From Daphnia carinata (lineage: Eukaryota), in assembly GCF_022539665.2 (NCBI RefSeq), contig NC_081331.1, positions 8,060,001 through 8,124,000 of the forward strand: DNA of 64,000 bases, written 5' to 3'. The first letter of the stretch is position 1. Each line of letters starts with the position of its first letter. Position numbers and translations under genes: made by a program. Positions 10,888 to 22,335 of the stretch are shown one piece after another. The notes beneath the pieces were generated by a model, which searched no databases, was not told the DNA's origin, and saw only the letters and a list, made by a program, of their open reading frames with translations.

Positions 10888-13800
10888 GGGAGCCTCAGTT
10901 AAAATCCCGACAAGTCGCAAAATTAACAACTATAACAAATGAATCGACCCCTAGAATTCCATTAAAAATTTTTCAGATACCGTTGCAAGCCTTATTTGAT
11001 ACAGGCGCGTCTAAAAGCATTATTCACGAGAGAATATTTCATAAGTTACCCCCGAGAGGTCAAGCGATCTGCAGTCAGCTTGATTTCGATTTGTATGATG
11101 TAGGGGAGAAAAAGTTACATACGCTGGGAAGAGTTACATTGCCCGTACGATACGGAGAGTCAGTTTTAAGACAAGAGTTTATTGTTACAAATGGTGTTTC
11201 TGAAGACTGTATCCTTGGATGGGATGCAATCCAGAAGCACGGTTTTCGGCTTGACGGAGAAGCCAGGAGCATTTATTTAGCAAGGGATGCGCAGGGATCA
11301 GCCATCTCTAGGGTACCAGACATGGCAGTTACGACGGTCAAAAAGACGACGCTATTTCGTCAGACTTCGCTAGTAGTTGCAACGCAAATGAAAGGTTCAT
11401 TTCCGTATGTCCCCCTAATACCACATTTATGTTTACCCCAGCAGAGGATTTGCCGAACGGTATTTTTATTGAGGAATTCATTGGAAACGTATCTAAAGAT
11501 GGGAAATATCAAATTATGGTCGAGAATCATTCGTTAAATCAAGTCATACTTCCTAGGAACACTACATTAGGCGTAATTGAGATTATTCATAACGTAATTG
11601 GGAAAATTGCTTTAAGTAAATTAGAGGAAAAGCCTACTATTAAAAGTGAGCCCGTTTTAATTTCAGAAGTCGACGCTGAATTTCAAGCTCCGCTCTCAAA
11701 ACTATTAAATGACTTCCACGACTTGTTCGCAGCAAAAGATTCAGAATTAGGGAACACTAGTCTCATTAAACATACAATTGATACACAAGGAAGAGGCCCT
11801 ATTCGACAACGCCCTTATCGAGTTACAAATAATCAAAGAAAAATATTGGAAGATAAAGTACAGGAAATGTTGGATGCTAATGTGATCCAATATTCACATT
11901 CGCCATGGGCTTCACCTGTGGTTTTAGTGGAAAAAAAGGGTGGAGAAGTAAGATTTTGCGTTGACTATAGGAAATTAAATAGTATTACAAAAAAGGATTC
12001 GTTTCCTATGCCGAGGATAGATGAAACATTGGACAAACTGTATGGGAAGAAATTTTTCACCACTCTTGATTTAGCTTCAGGTTATTGGCAAATTCAAGTT
12101 GATGAGCCGGCTATTGAAAAAACAACATTCGTAGTGGAAAATAACCTTTACGAATTTAAACGTATGGCATTTGGATTGTGCAATGCACCTGCGACATTTC
12201 AAAGACTAATGAATTATGTACTAAAAGACGTTTTGGGAAGTAAAGCGTTAGTTTACTTGGATGACGTAATCATCTTTTCAGACACTTTCGACGATCACTT
12301 GAATGATATTCGGGAAATCTTTGAATTATTGAACAATGCCAATTTAAAATTAAAACTTAAAAAATGCCAGTTCATTAAAAGTTCAGTAAATTATTTAGGC
12401 CATGTCATCTCGACTGATGGTGTTAAACCTGATCCGAGCAAAATTGAGAAAATAATTAATTATAAAAGACCCGCTTCGGTAGATGAAGTCAGATCATTTC
12501 TGGGTCTAGCTGGGTATTACAGACGATTTATTAAAAATTTTGGATCAATCGCCAAACCGTTAACCAGATTAACCCATAAAGAACTTAGCAGAAAACCTTT
12601 TAATTGGGGAAACGAGGAAAACATTGCTTTCGAAACCTTGCGTACATCTCTAGTGACTCCACCAGTACTGGCTTACCCCAATTTCAACGAGAAATTTTTC
12701 CTTTTCACTGATGCATGCGATTATGGCATTGGAGCGGTACTGTCCCAAATTCAAAATGGTCACGAGCACCCAATCGCGTATTCCAGTAGACAGCTAACGA
12801 AGGCAGAAGCTAAATACAGTACGACTGAAAAAGAGGCACTTGCGGTTATCGATGCGATTAAGCATTTTCGACATTACCTTTTAGACCAACCTTTTGAGAT
12901 CATAAGTGATCATCGTCCACTTCAATGGCTTAAAAATCAGAAAGATAACAATGGGAGATTAGGAAGATGGGCTATCCTGTTGGCCGCAACGAATTATGAA
13001 TTAAAATACAGACCGGGACGTATTCATCAAAACGCGGATTGCTTGTCACGCTTAAAAATAGCTAGTATCCAAACCGAACGTAATATTAAATTAATTTGTG
13101 AAAGACAATTAGAAGACGACCTTTGCATAGTCATTCGAAATTATTTAGATAACGGTGAACTTGAAGAAGAATTTCTCCAATCGAAACCAGATTGGGTAAA
13201 AGAAATCGAGTATTTTGAAGTTATTGACGGTACGCTTTACCGGCACGTGCTGCCATCTTCTGATAACAAAAGAAACGAAACTCACCATCAGTTGGTCTTA
13301 CCTACATCGTTACGTCATCTAGTGCTCAAAGAACTACATGATGCACCGATGAGTGGACATTTAGCCTTTTATAAAACCTATTTGAAAGTAAAGAATCATT
13401 ATTATTGGCCAAATATGAGGAAAGACATAAAAAAATATTGTCAGGCTTGTGAGGTGTGCATCGCCAACACTTCATCAAATTACAGAGCGTTATTGCATCC
13501 TCATGAAATTGCAAAGGCCCCTTTTCAAGTTATAGGCATGGATTTTCTAGGCCCTATCACACCAGTTTCGCCCAATGGAAACAGTTACATTTTAGTTATC
13601 ACAGATTATTTTAGCCGATGGGTGGAAGCTGTTGCTTTAAAGGATCAGACTGCGCAGACAACAGCAGAATGTGTGTACAAAACAATAATAGTTAGACACG
13701 GTATGCCTAAAGCTATTCTTTCAGATCGCGGTACTAATTTCACATCGAAATTGTTCCGATCCTTTTGTAAAAAGTTCAACATTGAACAACGTTTGACAAC

Positions 13801-14390
13801 GTCTTATAATCCAGCTAGTAACGGCGAAACTGAAAGGTTCAATAGAACATTAACAACAATGTTGAGGAAAGAATTGAAAGACGGCGAGCACGCAAATTGG
13901 GAAGATTTACTGGATGATGTGTTGTTTGCTTATCGTAGTTCTGTCCATTCTTCTACACTGGACACCCCTTATTACTTATTACACGGTAGAGACCCCAATT
14001 TACCCATCAATGAATTTCTTGACGCGTCCCCAAAAACATTTATATCCGCATCGGATTACGTAGGTAACTTAGCCGAACGCTTGCGCTATAGTTTCCAACG
14101 CGTCCGTGAGGAGAGCGAAAAAGCCAGAAAACGTCAAAGGGAGCAATATAATAAAAGGGCGAATGTAAAACAATATTTGGTAGGAGATAGAGTCTTATTA
14201 GATATTAGAGTTGTAAAAGAGGGCGATAGTAGGAAATTTACTTCCAAATATAAAGGCCCTTATAGAATTGTAAAAGTATATTCCAATAATACTGTCGACA
14301 TAGCCGACAATTCATATATATATGTATACGTACGCACGTTAACCGTTTAAAGCCCCTATATGAAACGATGTTATGGAAGGATGAACGTGT
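10852..14390 (+). CDS. pol: pol of element 1 (protease, RT, RNase H, integrase); frameshifted near 11411 and 14320
   Basis: LFDTGA, YLDD, FTDACDYGIG, HHCC zinc finger, D-D-E integrase and GPY motif; colinear with the intact pol of element 2. Confidence 0.95.
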
Positions 14391-14660
14391 CGGATGTCGT
14401 TCCGTCAGCAACAACGACACCACAAAACGCAACCGGACGCCCGCAAAGGAATAGACAATTGCCAATGCGTTTCAGATATTAAATCTGATAACTCATCCGC
14501 ATGCAAGTCTGCTGATCGCGTTTCAGAGAAAAAAAAACAAAAAAACTCGAAAGTATATAACAGTGAGAAGATCGAAAAGAGCCACATCTTTCCGACAACT
14601 CGTTATAGTCACAACTCTAACAAGATTTATCTCCACACCGCAAAGCATCATCAAAGTAAG

Positions 14661-15083
14661 ATGGAAAACCAAACTAGCGTTCAACACGAACAAGACACCG
14701 TCGAAGGGACTGGTGACGACGTGCAAGCTAACGAAGTGGTGACAACAACGGAGCCCACTACTGACTTGCCCTGGGAGCCAGTGGCAGAAAACACGGTCGA
14801 GGGGGTCAACCCAACACCTCATTCCCCAGACCAGACTAGCCAAGACTCTTGGGATCAGGCCCATCGCAATTACGAGCGACGTCTCGACGAGAAAACCAAC
14901 ATACTCACCACAAGACTTAACGCCGACCTCTTCGCTGAAGATTGGGCCAGCGCAGTTTACACCTTGAAAAGAATTCTGGACTTAGATCCAGCTAAACGCC
15001 ACCCACCACTATACAACTGGCCATCAGAGCTGTGGAACACAGCTAACAAAAGGCCAAGGCGCGATTGGTACGACCAATTGTAA
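14661..15083 (+). CDS. Accessory ORF between pol and env (140 aa)
   Basis: Acidic N-terminus and a conserved C-terminal domain KTN.L..RL...L....W..AV.TLK.ILDLDP..RHPPLY.W shared with 38684-39208(-). Confidence 0.8.
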   Translation: MENQTSVQHEQDTVEGTGDDVQANEVVTTTEPTTDLPWEPVAENTVEGVNPTPHSPDQTSQDSWDQAHRNYERRLDEKTNILTTRLNADLFAEDWASAVYTLKRILDLDPAKRHPPLYNWPSELWNTANKRPRRDWYDQL

Positions 15084-15840
15084 GGCGGAAGAAAGAAAAA
15101 AAAAAGAAGCGGAAGAAAACTTCTGTTTTTCCCTAATACCGTAGTCAATATGTTTGTTCCATATAAATAAAATAAGGTTATATGCCAAAAGAAATCATAA
15201 ACCGTAAAGGGAAACCCACTACCTTACCTAGGGTTGCGTATAGACAGAAAAACGAATAAGTCTATACTACATGCATAACTTGACCGTCTGTCAAGGTATC
15301 CAAATAAACCAATCCACACCATATATATAAAAAACTAAAATTTTTCTGTCACTCGCCACACGTTATCCACGTCAGACTTCCTTACGGCAAATGACACAAG
15401 TTGCCGAAAATGCATTCTCGCATTTTCCATTTCCCTTATTCCTATTCTTTCTCTCTCTCGCGCCAGGTAGAGTTTTACCTTCTATCCCTTCCTTCTTTTT
15501 TCGTAGACAATATACTCCCCTTTTCTTCCTTATACGCGTTACTATTGCCTACGTTTTGCCACAGGACAAGTAACATGTCTCGTTCTCAACACAATATGTC
15601 TGGAGCATATGGCCTTGTTTCAAGCCCTGAGGGATAATTTCCATTTCTTCTCATATATCACATTCTTTATCTCTGTCTCTCCCTTCCATTCTCTTTCTTT
15701 CTTTCTTTCTCACTAAGTTGGACTTAGAAAAAAACTTAACTTTCGCATTTTTCTGTTTCATCATATATATTTGCTAAATTTATATGAACGCCTTCATGTA
15801 GCTTAATATATCAACTACTTCGCAATTGATGAGTTATATA

Positions 15841-15910
15841 GTCAAACTGGGGATTCGAACCTCAGAACCTTTGGCGTCACAGCTGAGAGCGCTACCATTG
15901 AGCTATTAGC
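15841..15910 (-). other. Degenerate tRNA-like / Pol III promoter sequence, antisense inside element 1
   Basis: Reverse complement has A-box TAGCTCAATGGTAG and B-box GGTTCGAATCC; no proper acceptor stem. Confidence 0.55.
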
Positions 15911-16485
15911 TAATATTTTACACCTGGCGTAAAAGATTGGGTAACATACCGATTGTTCCCGTTAACTGCATTTTTCTTTGTGTGCCGTAGTATACTTTTT
16001 TCATTTATGCGCTATCCCGACCGCATTGTTAGAACTTAGGAAAAAATTCGAACACTGCGCGTGACCTTTCACGGCAAAAACTTTTTCCGCCGTAAACTTT
16101 TAAACGTTTTCTTCTCGTCCTCCCCGCTAACCTATATTATATTTTATTGTTTTCTCTTTTCGATAATTAAGCATATCTTCTCCTCTTTCCAACGATACTA
16201 GTTATTATGATGGATAAAATTTTCTTCCCCCGAAAACACAGTTATATTCCAGTGCCCTATATTTTTCTTCCCTTTTGCCGTAGCTAACTAGGAAAAGCCG
16301 ACGGAAAAATAAGTTAACCTTTCAAAAGCCGTAGACTATTTTTCATTTTCGTTTTCTTACTACTTTTCTTCTCGTGTTTGCTTCCATTTTATAACACCCA
16401 CATGATAAAGTTATATATGTTTGTCAGTTACATTGTTCCCTTTTATTCTTGTACGTTTTTTTTATATATTCTTCCGTATTTAGAA

Positions 16486-18180
16486 ATGTCTCTATTTCCA
16501 TTTCTGCTGCTATTGTGCCTTCACGGATTACACTCGCGAGCATTTGAAACAACCGTGTGCGATTGTTCGGAGCCGTCGAAAATGGGAATTATTCAATTCT
16601 CCGACGCGAATTGTCAGCCGAAATCTACCAAAAATCGTGCCATCAGTGTAAAATATGCCGTATATAGTGAAGAACGAGCTGTGACCAAGTTTCCTGGATA
16701 TATTTGTGCGCGCTGGAAAAATATAAGACGTATTACAATGAATTTTTTCGGACAAACAGTGATCGTGCCAGATAAAATTTCCATCGATACAACACCTACC
16801 GAGTGCAACGAAATGATTAACAATAAAAGGTGCGACAATCAACGAATGACTTTTTCGGATGGAAAATTTGTGTTCGATGATGAACCCGATATTTCTGGAT
16901 ATTGGTTGCAAACAATCGATTCCGAAATATTAAACTGTGTTCTCGATAAAATTCAACTTTTCCAGCAAAAGGAGAATGCGGATTTTTCAACACCTATCGG
17001 AACTGCTTCTGCTGCATCAGGAAATTTGTCACATAATCATTTAACTCTGATTTGGGACAAAACCTACACACAGAAAACTAAAGCAATTACCCGGCTTGTC
17101 GAAGAAGGTATCGGCAAGTTGATACAATTACCTGGGGAAAAACAAATTTTCCGACTTCAGGACGACCGAAATCAACTAGACTTTCATTTGTTGCCGTCAT
17201 CGCGTTGTTTTTCAGTGCAGAAAAATTGCTCCAATAAGACTTCTTCCTTTGAAATCCTTGGCCAATCACAACTCTTTGTCACAACAGCGGCCATCATGAA
17301 AAATTCAACAACATCGGAGCCTCCGGCGCCATCTAGCGCTGAAGATTTAAACATCCCGGCGAATATTCAATATATTCGAGATCAACTGACCGATCATGAA
17401 AACGAATTGGCAAGCCAAATTCAATTATTACAGTGCGATGGTCGCAAAGCCAAACATGAAAGAGCCGTTACAACCGCTCAATATAATGGATGGTTAGCAG
17501 CCTCACAACTACAATTACCCAAGTGCACAAAATTACAAGCTTTCGGTAAAACGGCTGTACTGATCCAGTGTAAAGCCTTAAATGTCACATTCGATACTGT
17601 TTTGACTTCTTGCGGACCGCAACCAAAATTTCAAAATTATACAATTAACCTCGATGGCTGGGAACTTGTAAAATATTCCCCTTGCTATTGGACAAATGGA
17701 TTTGTAAACTTTAACGATAAGCCTTATGCTTTCCGCAACAACACCTGGCAGCTGATTGAAGCCACAATTGTGCTGCCTGAGCAGACGCTCGCACACTCTT
17801 TTCGCTACGAAAACGTCGAGTTTTTCGATTACGTGCATCAAAGTAATCCGGCATATACCGACAACATGCTTAATCACATGAATATCATGGCTGATATAGC
17901 TGCCGCGATCAACGAACACCCGCCAGCGGAATATACCTTACGTCAAAGACCTAGTGCGACGAACATTTTTGTAACAGCTTCTAGTATCGGAAGCTATACA
18001 TCTTGGTGGGAGACCATCAAGACATATTTCTTCATCGGCATATTATGCCTTTTAGTGCTTCTTTTCTTACGCATTTGCTATAGTTGCGGCCTTTTCACCG
18101 TCATTTGGGTCGTATGCTGCCGTCCCACCTACAAATCACGGCAACCAGCTTCCGAATCCATCCCCATGCATGCAGTTTGA
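16486..18180 (+). CDS. env: Env-like type I membrane glycoprotein of element 1, class III fusogen-like
   Basis: Signal peptide MSLFPFLLLLCLHGLHSRA, Cys-rich ectodomain with N-glycosylation sequons, gB-like helix ANIQYIRDQLTDHENELASQIQLLQC, aromatic pre-TM region, TM helix, short tail; lies just before the 3' LTR. Confidence 0.85.
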   Translation: MSLFPFLLLLCLHGLHSRAFETTVCDCSEPSKMGIIQFSDANCQPKSTKNRAISVKYAVYSEERAVTKFPGYICARWKNIRRITMNFFGQTVIVPDKISIDTTPTECNEMINNKRCDNQRMTFSDGKFVFDDEPDISGYWLQTIDSEILNCVLDKIQLFQQKENADFSTPIGTASAASGNLSHNHLTLIWDKTYTQKTKAITRLVEEGIGKLIQLPGEKQIFRLQDDRNQLDFHLLPSSRCFSVQKNCSNKTSSFEILGQSQLFVTTAAIMKNSTTSEPPAPSSAEDLNIPANIQYIRDQLTDHENELASQIQLLQCDGRKAKHERAVTTAQYNGWLAASQLQLPKCTKLQAFGKTAVLIQCKALNVTFDTVLTSCGPQPKFQNYTINLDGWELVKYSPCYWTNGFVNFNDKPYAFRNNTWQLIEATIVLPEQTLAHSFRYENVEFFDYVHQSNPAYTDNMLNHMNIMADIAAAINEHPPAEYTLRQRPSATNIFVTASSIGSYTSWWETIKTYFFIGILCLLVLLFLRICYSCGLFTVIWVVCCRPTYKSRQPASESIPMHAV

Positions 18181-18213
18181 TTACGGGACGTAATCTCACG
18201 CCGCCGGGAGCGA

Positions 18214-19049
18214 TGTAACGAAGCCAATATACGCCTTCTTATATTCTCATGCTTCCACTTATATCTTATACCTATATTCTCTTCTGCAACATCTTTAATA
18301 AGTAATTAGTATAAACATGTCAATTGCAACACCATATATACGCAACACGGGTGACCTAGATGAACACCTGCTAGCTAGCTGACGCATCCATGTGTCATCA
18401 GCATCACGCCACTTATAAAACATCTTTCATTGGCGCCCATCATCGCATCATTATCACGCCATTTTAAACATCTTTGATTGGTCGCAAATACTCGCACAGC
18501 AACTCACCAATTTGCCAATATGCGAAGTGTAATCGTGAACACAAAATATGGGAAAGATCAGACAAGGACCCGCGTCTGAGCAAAGTAGTCGCCTGAATTC
18601 ATTCGTGTTGCTCCTATCTTGATTAGTAGTATTGCGCAGTAAATTGTACTCTAGTGGAAATCTTATTTGCTTAACTTGCCTTAATTTGCATCTGTTCAAC
18701 TTAATTACTCTGGGACAGTGCCTTTGTCCTTTCTTTAAACACTTGTTCAATCCATTTTGATTGTGAGTTGACTTCGTGAGCGTGAGGTTATCTCGTTCGC
18801 TTCCGTGTCGATTCCTTTCCGCTACCTACTCGTGTTATCACGGTAAGACTTGGTTACAATTGTCCCTCTCTTTCCCTCTCTTTATTTTCCCTACTGTATC
18901 TGAATTCCTCTTATGTCTTGCTTCTTGTAGTATGCTTAACGTAGAACAATAAATCCATCATTGTGGGAAATACGCCTCCGAGCTCGTTATTATTTCCTTT
19001 TGTCTTAAATACCGTAAAGTCAGTCTTCCCACAAGGAAGATGCTTTACA
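18214..19049 (+). repeat. 3' LTR of element 1 (836 bp)
   Basis: TGTAAC...TTTACA termini; the last 93 bp are repeated at 7935-8027. Confidence 0.9.
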
Positions 19050-19595
19050 CTTGCTACTGCTTGATTGTAGCATTTTTTGTTCATGTTTTGGTATGGCCCA
19101 GTGGAGAACCTGTGTTAATTTTAATATTTCAATCTATTTTACTTTAAACCTACAAGCAATACATAAATAGGTTGACCAAATATTAACCGAATACAAACAC
19201 AGAGTATTACTTTGTCATCCTGATAAGAATCCATATGACAAGTCCACTACTCAGTTTCAAAAACTTCAGGTAAATAGATTCTGCACATTAACCAAGTAAT
19301 GTGATAGATACAGTTAATTTCTGGTCATTCCAACAGGAAGCTAAGGAGGTGCTCTGTGACCCAGAAAAGCGAAATGATTATGACAGATGGAAAACAAGTG
19401 GAATAACAATTTCATACAAGCAATGGATTGTCGTAAATAAACGATCTACTGCCGTAAGTATTATATGTGCAACATCAGGATGACTTTCTATGTAGGTTTA
19501 ATGTAAAATAGATTGAAATATTAAAATTAACACAGGTTCTCCACTGGGCCATACCAAAACATGAACAAAAAATGCTACAATCAAGCAGTAGCAAG
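19050..19595. repeat. 105-bp inverted duplication (19050-19154 vs 19491-19595)
   Basis: Arms are near-perfect reverse complements covering a DNAJC12 intron/exon boundary. Confidence 0.9.
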
Positions 19596-19700
19596 TCAGA
19601 GATAATAAAGGTGAAACAAAGTAAGCTTTCACCTAAAATTGGTTCACAATATTGTTCATACAATTCCATCCTAGAAAAGTTTAGGAACTATGAAATATGT
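19171..19700 (+). pseudogene. DNAJC12: 5'-truncated J-domain protein gene, DNAJC12/JDP1-like
   Basis: Exons 19171-19269, 19337-19453 and 19536-~19700: [50 protein letters not shown]...ILEKFRNYEI. Confidence 0.85.
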
Positions 19701-20201
19701 AAAAGAAAATCTTTGAACATCTGAATTTATTTTACTAGTGTATTCAATATTGACTGTTGCTGTTGTGTAATATTAACTCGATGAAAAGTTTAATAAAATA
19801 TGTGCATATAAAGCAAGTATCTTTCGAACCGTTCGGTCATTAAGTTGAATGCTACTTAAATGGGTTCCAACCGACATTACTTGTGTATTCTCGATCAGGC
19901 ACTGGCATTTAAAGATGCACTTCTAGTTCTTCAAATGCTAATGCCCAACTAATCTCACCAAATAAATACAATTGAAGTAGGTCAGTTTACTTTGTTCAAC
20001 AACTTAGCCAGCTCCAGCGCCAAAGAAGTAAAATTAGGCGCAATTGTAAAGAGCTCGCATTGCCGACAGACAAATTAATCACCTACTGAATACTACTGGA
20101 ACGGATCTTTATTTCCTAATGTTCTGCCATAATTGCCAATGATTAAAGTTACATGAGAAACTTGCACAAAGCGCAAGAGAAGCTAAAACACGTTTCTTGA
20201 A

Positions 20202-20515
20202 TTAGGCTTCCAATTCCAGCGCCATACCAATTTTGTGACCTCCTTGGTTGAAGTTTTTCAGATCAACCATTGACGATAGGGTAATGGTAACACCTGAATA
20301 CGAAAAAGAATAAGCCTCAATATGATTTAACTTTCAGTTACAACGTACCCTGGCGGAGTTTTTGCTGATAGCCAAGGCCAAGCTGGGAAGCGTTATTGAT
20401 CTTGGCGCGGACTGCACTGTCGTTATCTAACTGGTACTTGCAACCAATACCGAATCGGGTGGCATTTGAACCGGCAGTCCAGGCAAGTTGGACACCTGTT
20501 TCTAGATTAGCCCGA
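20202..20515 (-). pseudogene. VDAC: 3' fragment of voltage-dependent anion channel (porin), last two exons
   Basis: LETGVQLAWTAGSNATRFGIGCKYQLDNDSAVRAKINNASQLGLGYQQKLRQG / VTITLSSMVDLKNFNQGGHKIGMALELEA*, with intron 20294-20348. Confidence 0.9.
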
Positions 20516-20948
20516 GTACTACCCTGCACCGAGCTATTACACAGAGGCGCCAGTGTATTATTACACAACAACGTACGCCACTCAAAGCTACTACACCGAA
20601 GCTCCCGCCTACTATACCACAAAGGCCCCTGGGTATTACACCACAACCTACGCTTTTCCGTCTTACTACACTGAGGCCTCAAAATATTACTCAGCTCCGA
20701 GCTACACAACAACTGTGTCGTACTACACCACGACAGAGGCGCCCAAGTACTACGTGGCTCCAACATACTACCCCGCAGCTGCCCCGTCTTACTACGCTGA
20801 GCCTGCATACTACGCTGAAGCCCCGAAATCTTACGCTGCCCCTAGAAACTACACTACGGCTGCCCCTTCGTACTACGTGGAAACTACCTACTACACCACA
20901 ATTTATGCTGCTCCGTCTTACTACATCACGAAGGCTGCTGAATACTGA
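20516..20948 (+). pseudogene. Tyr/Thr-repeat protein fragment, copy 2 (no N-terminus)
   Basis: YYTTTYATQSYYTEAPAYYTTKAP repeats fused back-to-back with the VDAC fragment. Confidence 0.75.
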
Positions 20949-21999
20949 AGGCCGCTACTTATTACTGACAACGTGGTTGGAACACAAAACTTATTTTTGC
21001 TCCGTACGATTACAAAAATCGTCCAAGTAAAGTAAAAAATATATAGATTTGTAGCCAGTTATCTCAGCTACATAACCGTATTTTTTTTGGGTGGGTTCCA
21101 AAGTTTAATATGTGGTATGAGCAAGTTGTTTCAATTGCCAATTCTTATTGGGCAGTTGAAACGTGGGTTTTCCCATAAGAGAGCTCCCGGTTTTACGAAA
21201 AAACTAAAATGACGATATCTCAGAATCTGGGATACGTATTTTGATGAATTTTTTACAGTAATATAGAGAATTTTAATCTTTATTTTTTAAGATGTTTTAT
21301 AAGTTTCTATAGTAACTAAATATTATTTAATGAATTTTAGTAGTTTTCTGAATTAGGTTCCGAACACTACACAATCAAATTTTTATAATCGAATATTGCA
21401 TGTCCAGCCTTACATCATAATTGTTGTTAATGTCCTTAATTTAATTTTTAAAATTTAATTTCTTTCTTCAACGTTGTAAATAAAAGCGCAAACATTGTGG
21501 CAGACGATAAATGCCAGCCACTCAGCAGACGAAATAAAACACAAAATAAACAATAATTGAAAAAAGAGCTCTGCTAATACGCTGCGTAGGGAACACTGTT
21601 GCCAGACTACAGTAAAGGAGACGCGCATACGGAAGGCTCGCAATTGGAACAAGGTGTTCCAACTGCTCCGACCATGGGTCTTCACGGAGTTTTAATGTTT
21701 ATGGGGGATAAAATTTAGCTAGGAAAAAATTAAAGTGATCAATTTATAGCTTAATGAATGACGAATGATTGGAGACCTTTTTTAATGATTTTCTCCATCG
21801 TTTTCGGTGTGAAAACGAAAAAACTGTCTGCAAAAAAACGACAAATGGACAGTCAAAAAACAATTTTCTGGGATAATTCGAAAACTTTTAGATTCTAAAG
21901 CCTCCAATTATTTCTAAAAATGTAGAACCCTAATTCCCGTTAGTTCAAATTTTTTAAACAAAATCTCTTACATACTTTAAGTGGTAGAATTTTTGTTTC

Positions 22000-22335
22000 A
22001 ATTGCCGCGTGTTCCAACCACGCCCACCCTCCCCTACTACACAACAAAGGCTCCCGAGTACACAACATATGCTGCGCCAAGCTACTATACCGAGCCTCCC
22101 ATGTTCTACACCACAACATATGCCTCCCCAGTTTCCTACACCGAAGCTCCGCCGTACTACACCACAAAGGCTACTGAATACTACACGACTTAAGCCTCGG
22201 AGTATTACACACAGAAGGCTGAATGCTACACCACAACTTACGCAGCTTCAGCTTACTACACTGAGGCTCCGCAATACTACACTACAAAGGCGCCCGAGTA
22301 CTACACCACAACGCATGCTGCACGAAGGGTTTAGT
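22000..22335 (+). pseudogene. Tyr/Thr-repeat protein fragment, copy 3
   Basis: YYTTKAPEY/YAAPSYYTEPP repeats with stops and frameshifts. Confidence 0.7.

Larger units (their letters stand above)
7935..19049 (+). mobile_element. Ty3/Gypsy LTR retroelement with env-like gene, element 1 (5' LTR truncated, defective)
   Basis: 5' LTR remnant 7935-8027 matches the end of the 3' LTR (18214-19049, TG...CA). PBS, gag, PR-RT-RH-IN domain order and env-like ORF are present. Confidence 0.95.

Noticed and set aside
9609..11537. Natural in-frame gag-protease fusion
   Set aside because: Explained by one extra C in a homopolymer relative to element 2; the frameshift signal is still present.
14394..14660. 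N-terminal extension of the accessory ORF
   Set aside because: Non-ATG start and no counterpart in element 2; ATG 14661 preferred.
15841..15910. Functional tRNA genes here and at ~62602-62670
   Set aside because: Acceptor and anticodon stems do not pair properly.
16486..18180. Errantivirus / baculovirus-F type Env
   Set aside because: No conserved furin site followed by a fusion peptide seen; motif pattern fits class III better (needs a profile search).
21160..21980. Possible Kolobok-like transposon remnant ending in TTAA
   Set aside because: No matching opposite terminus could be identified.
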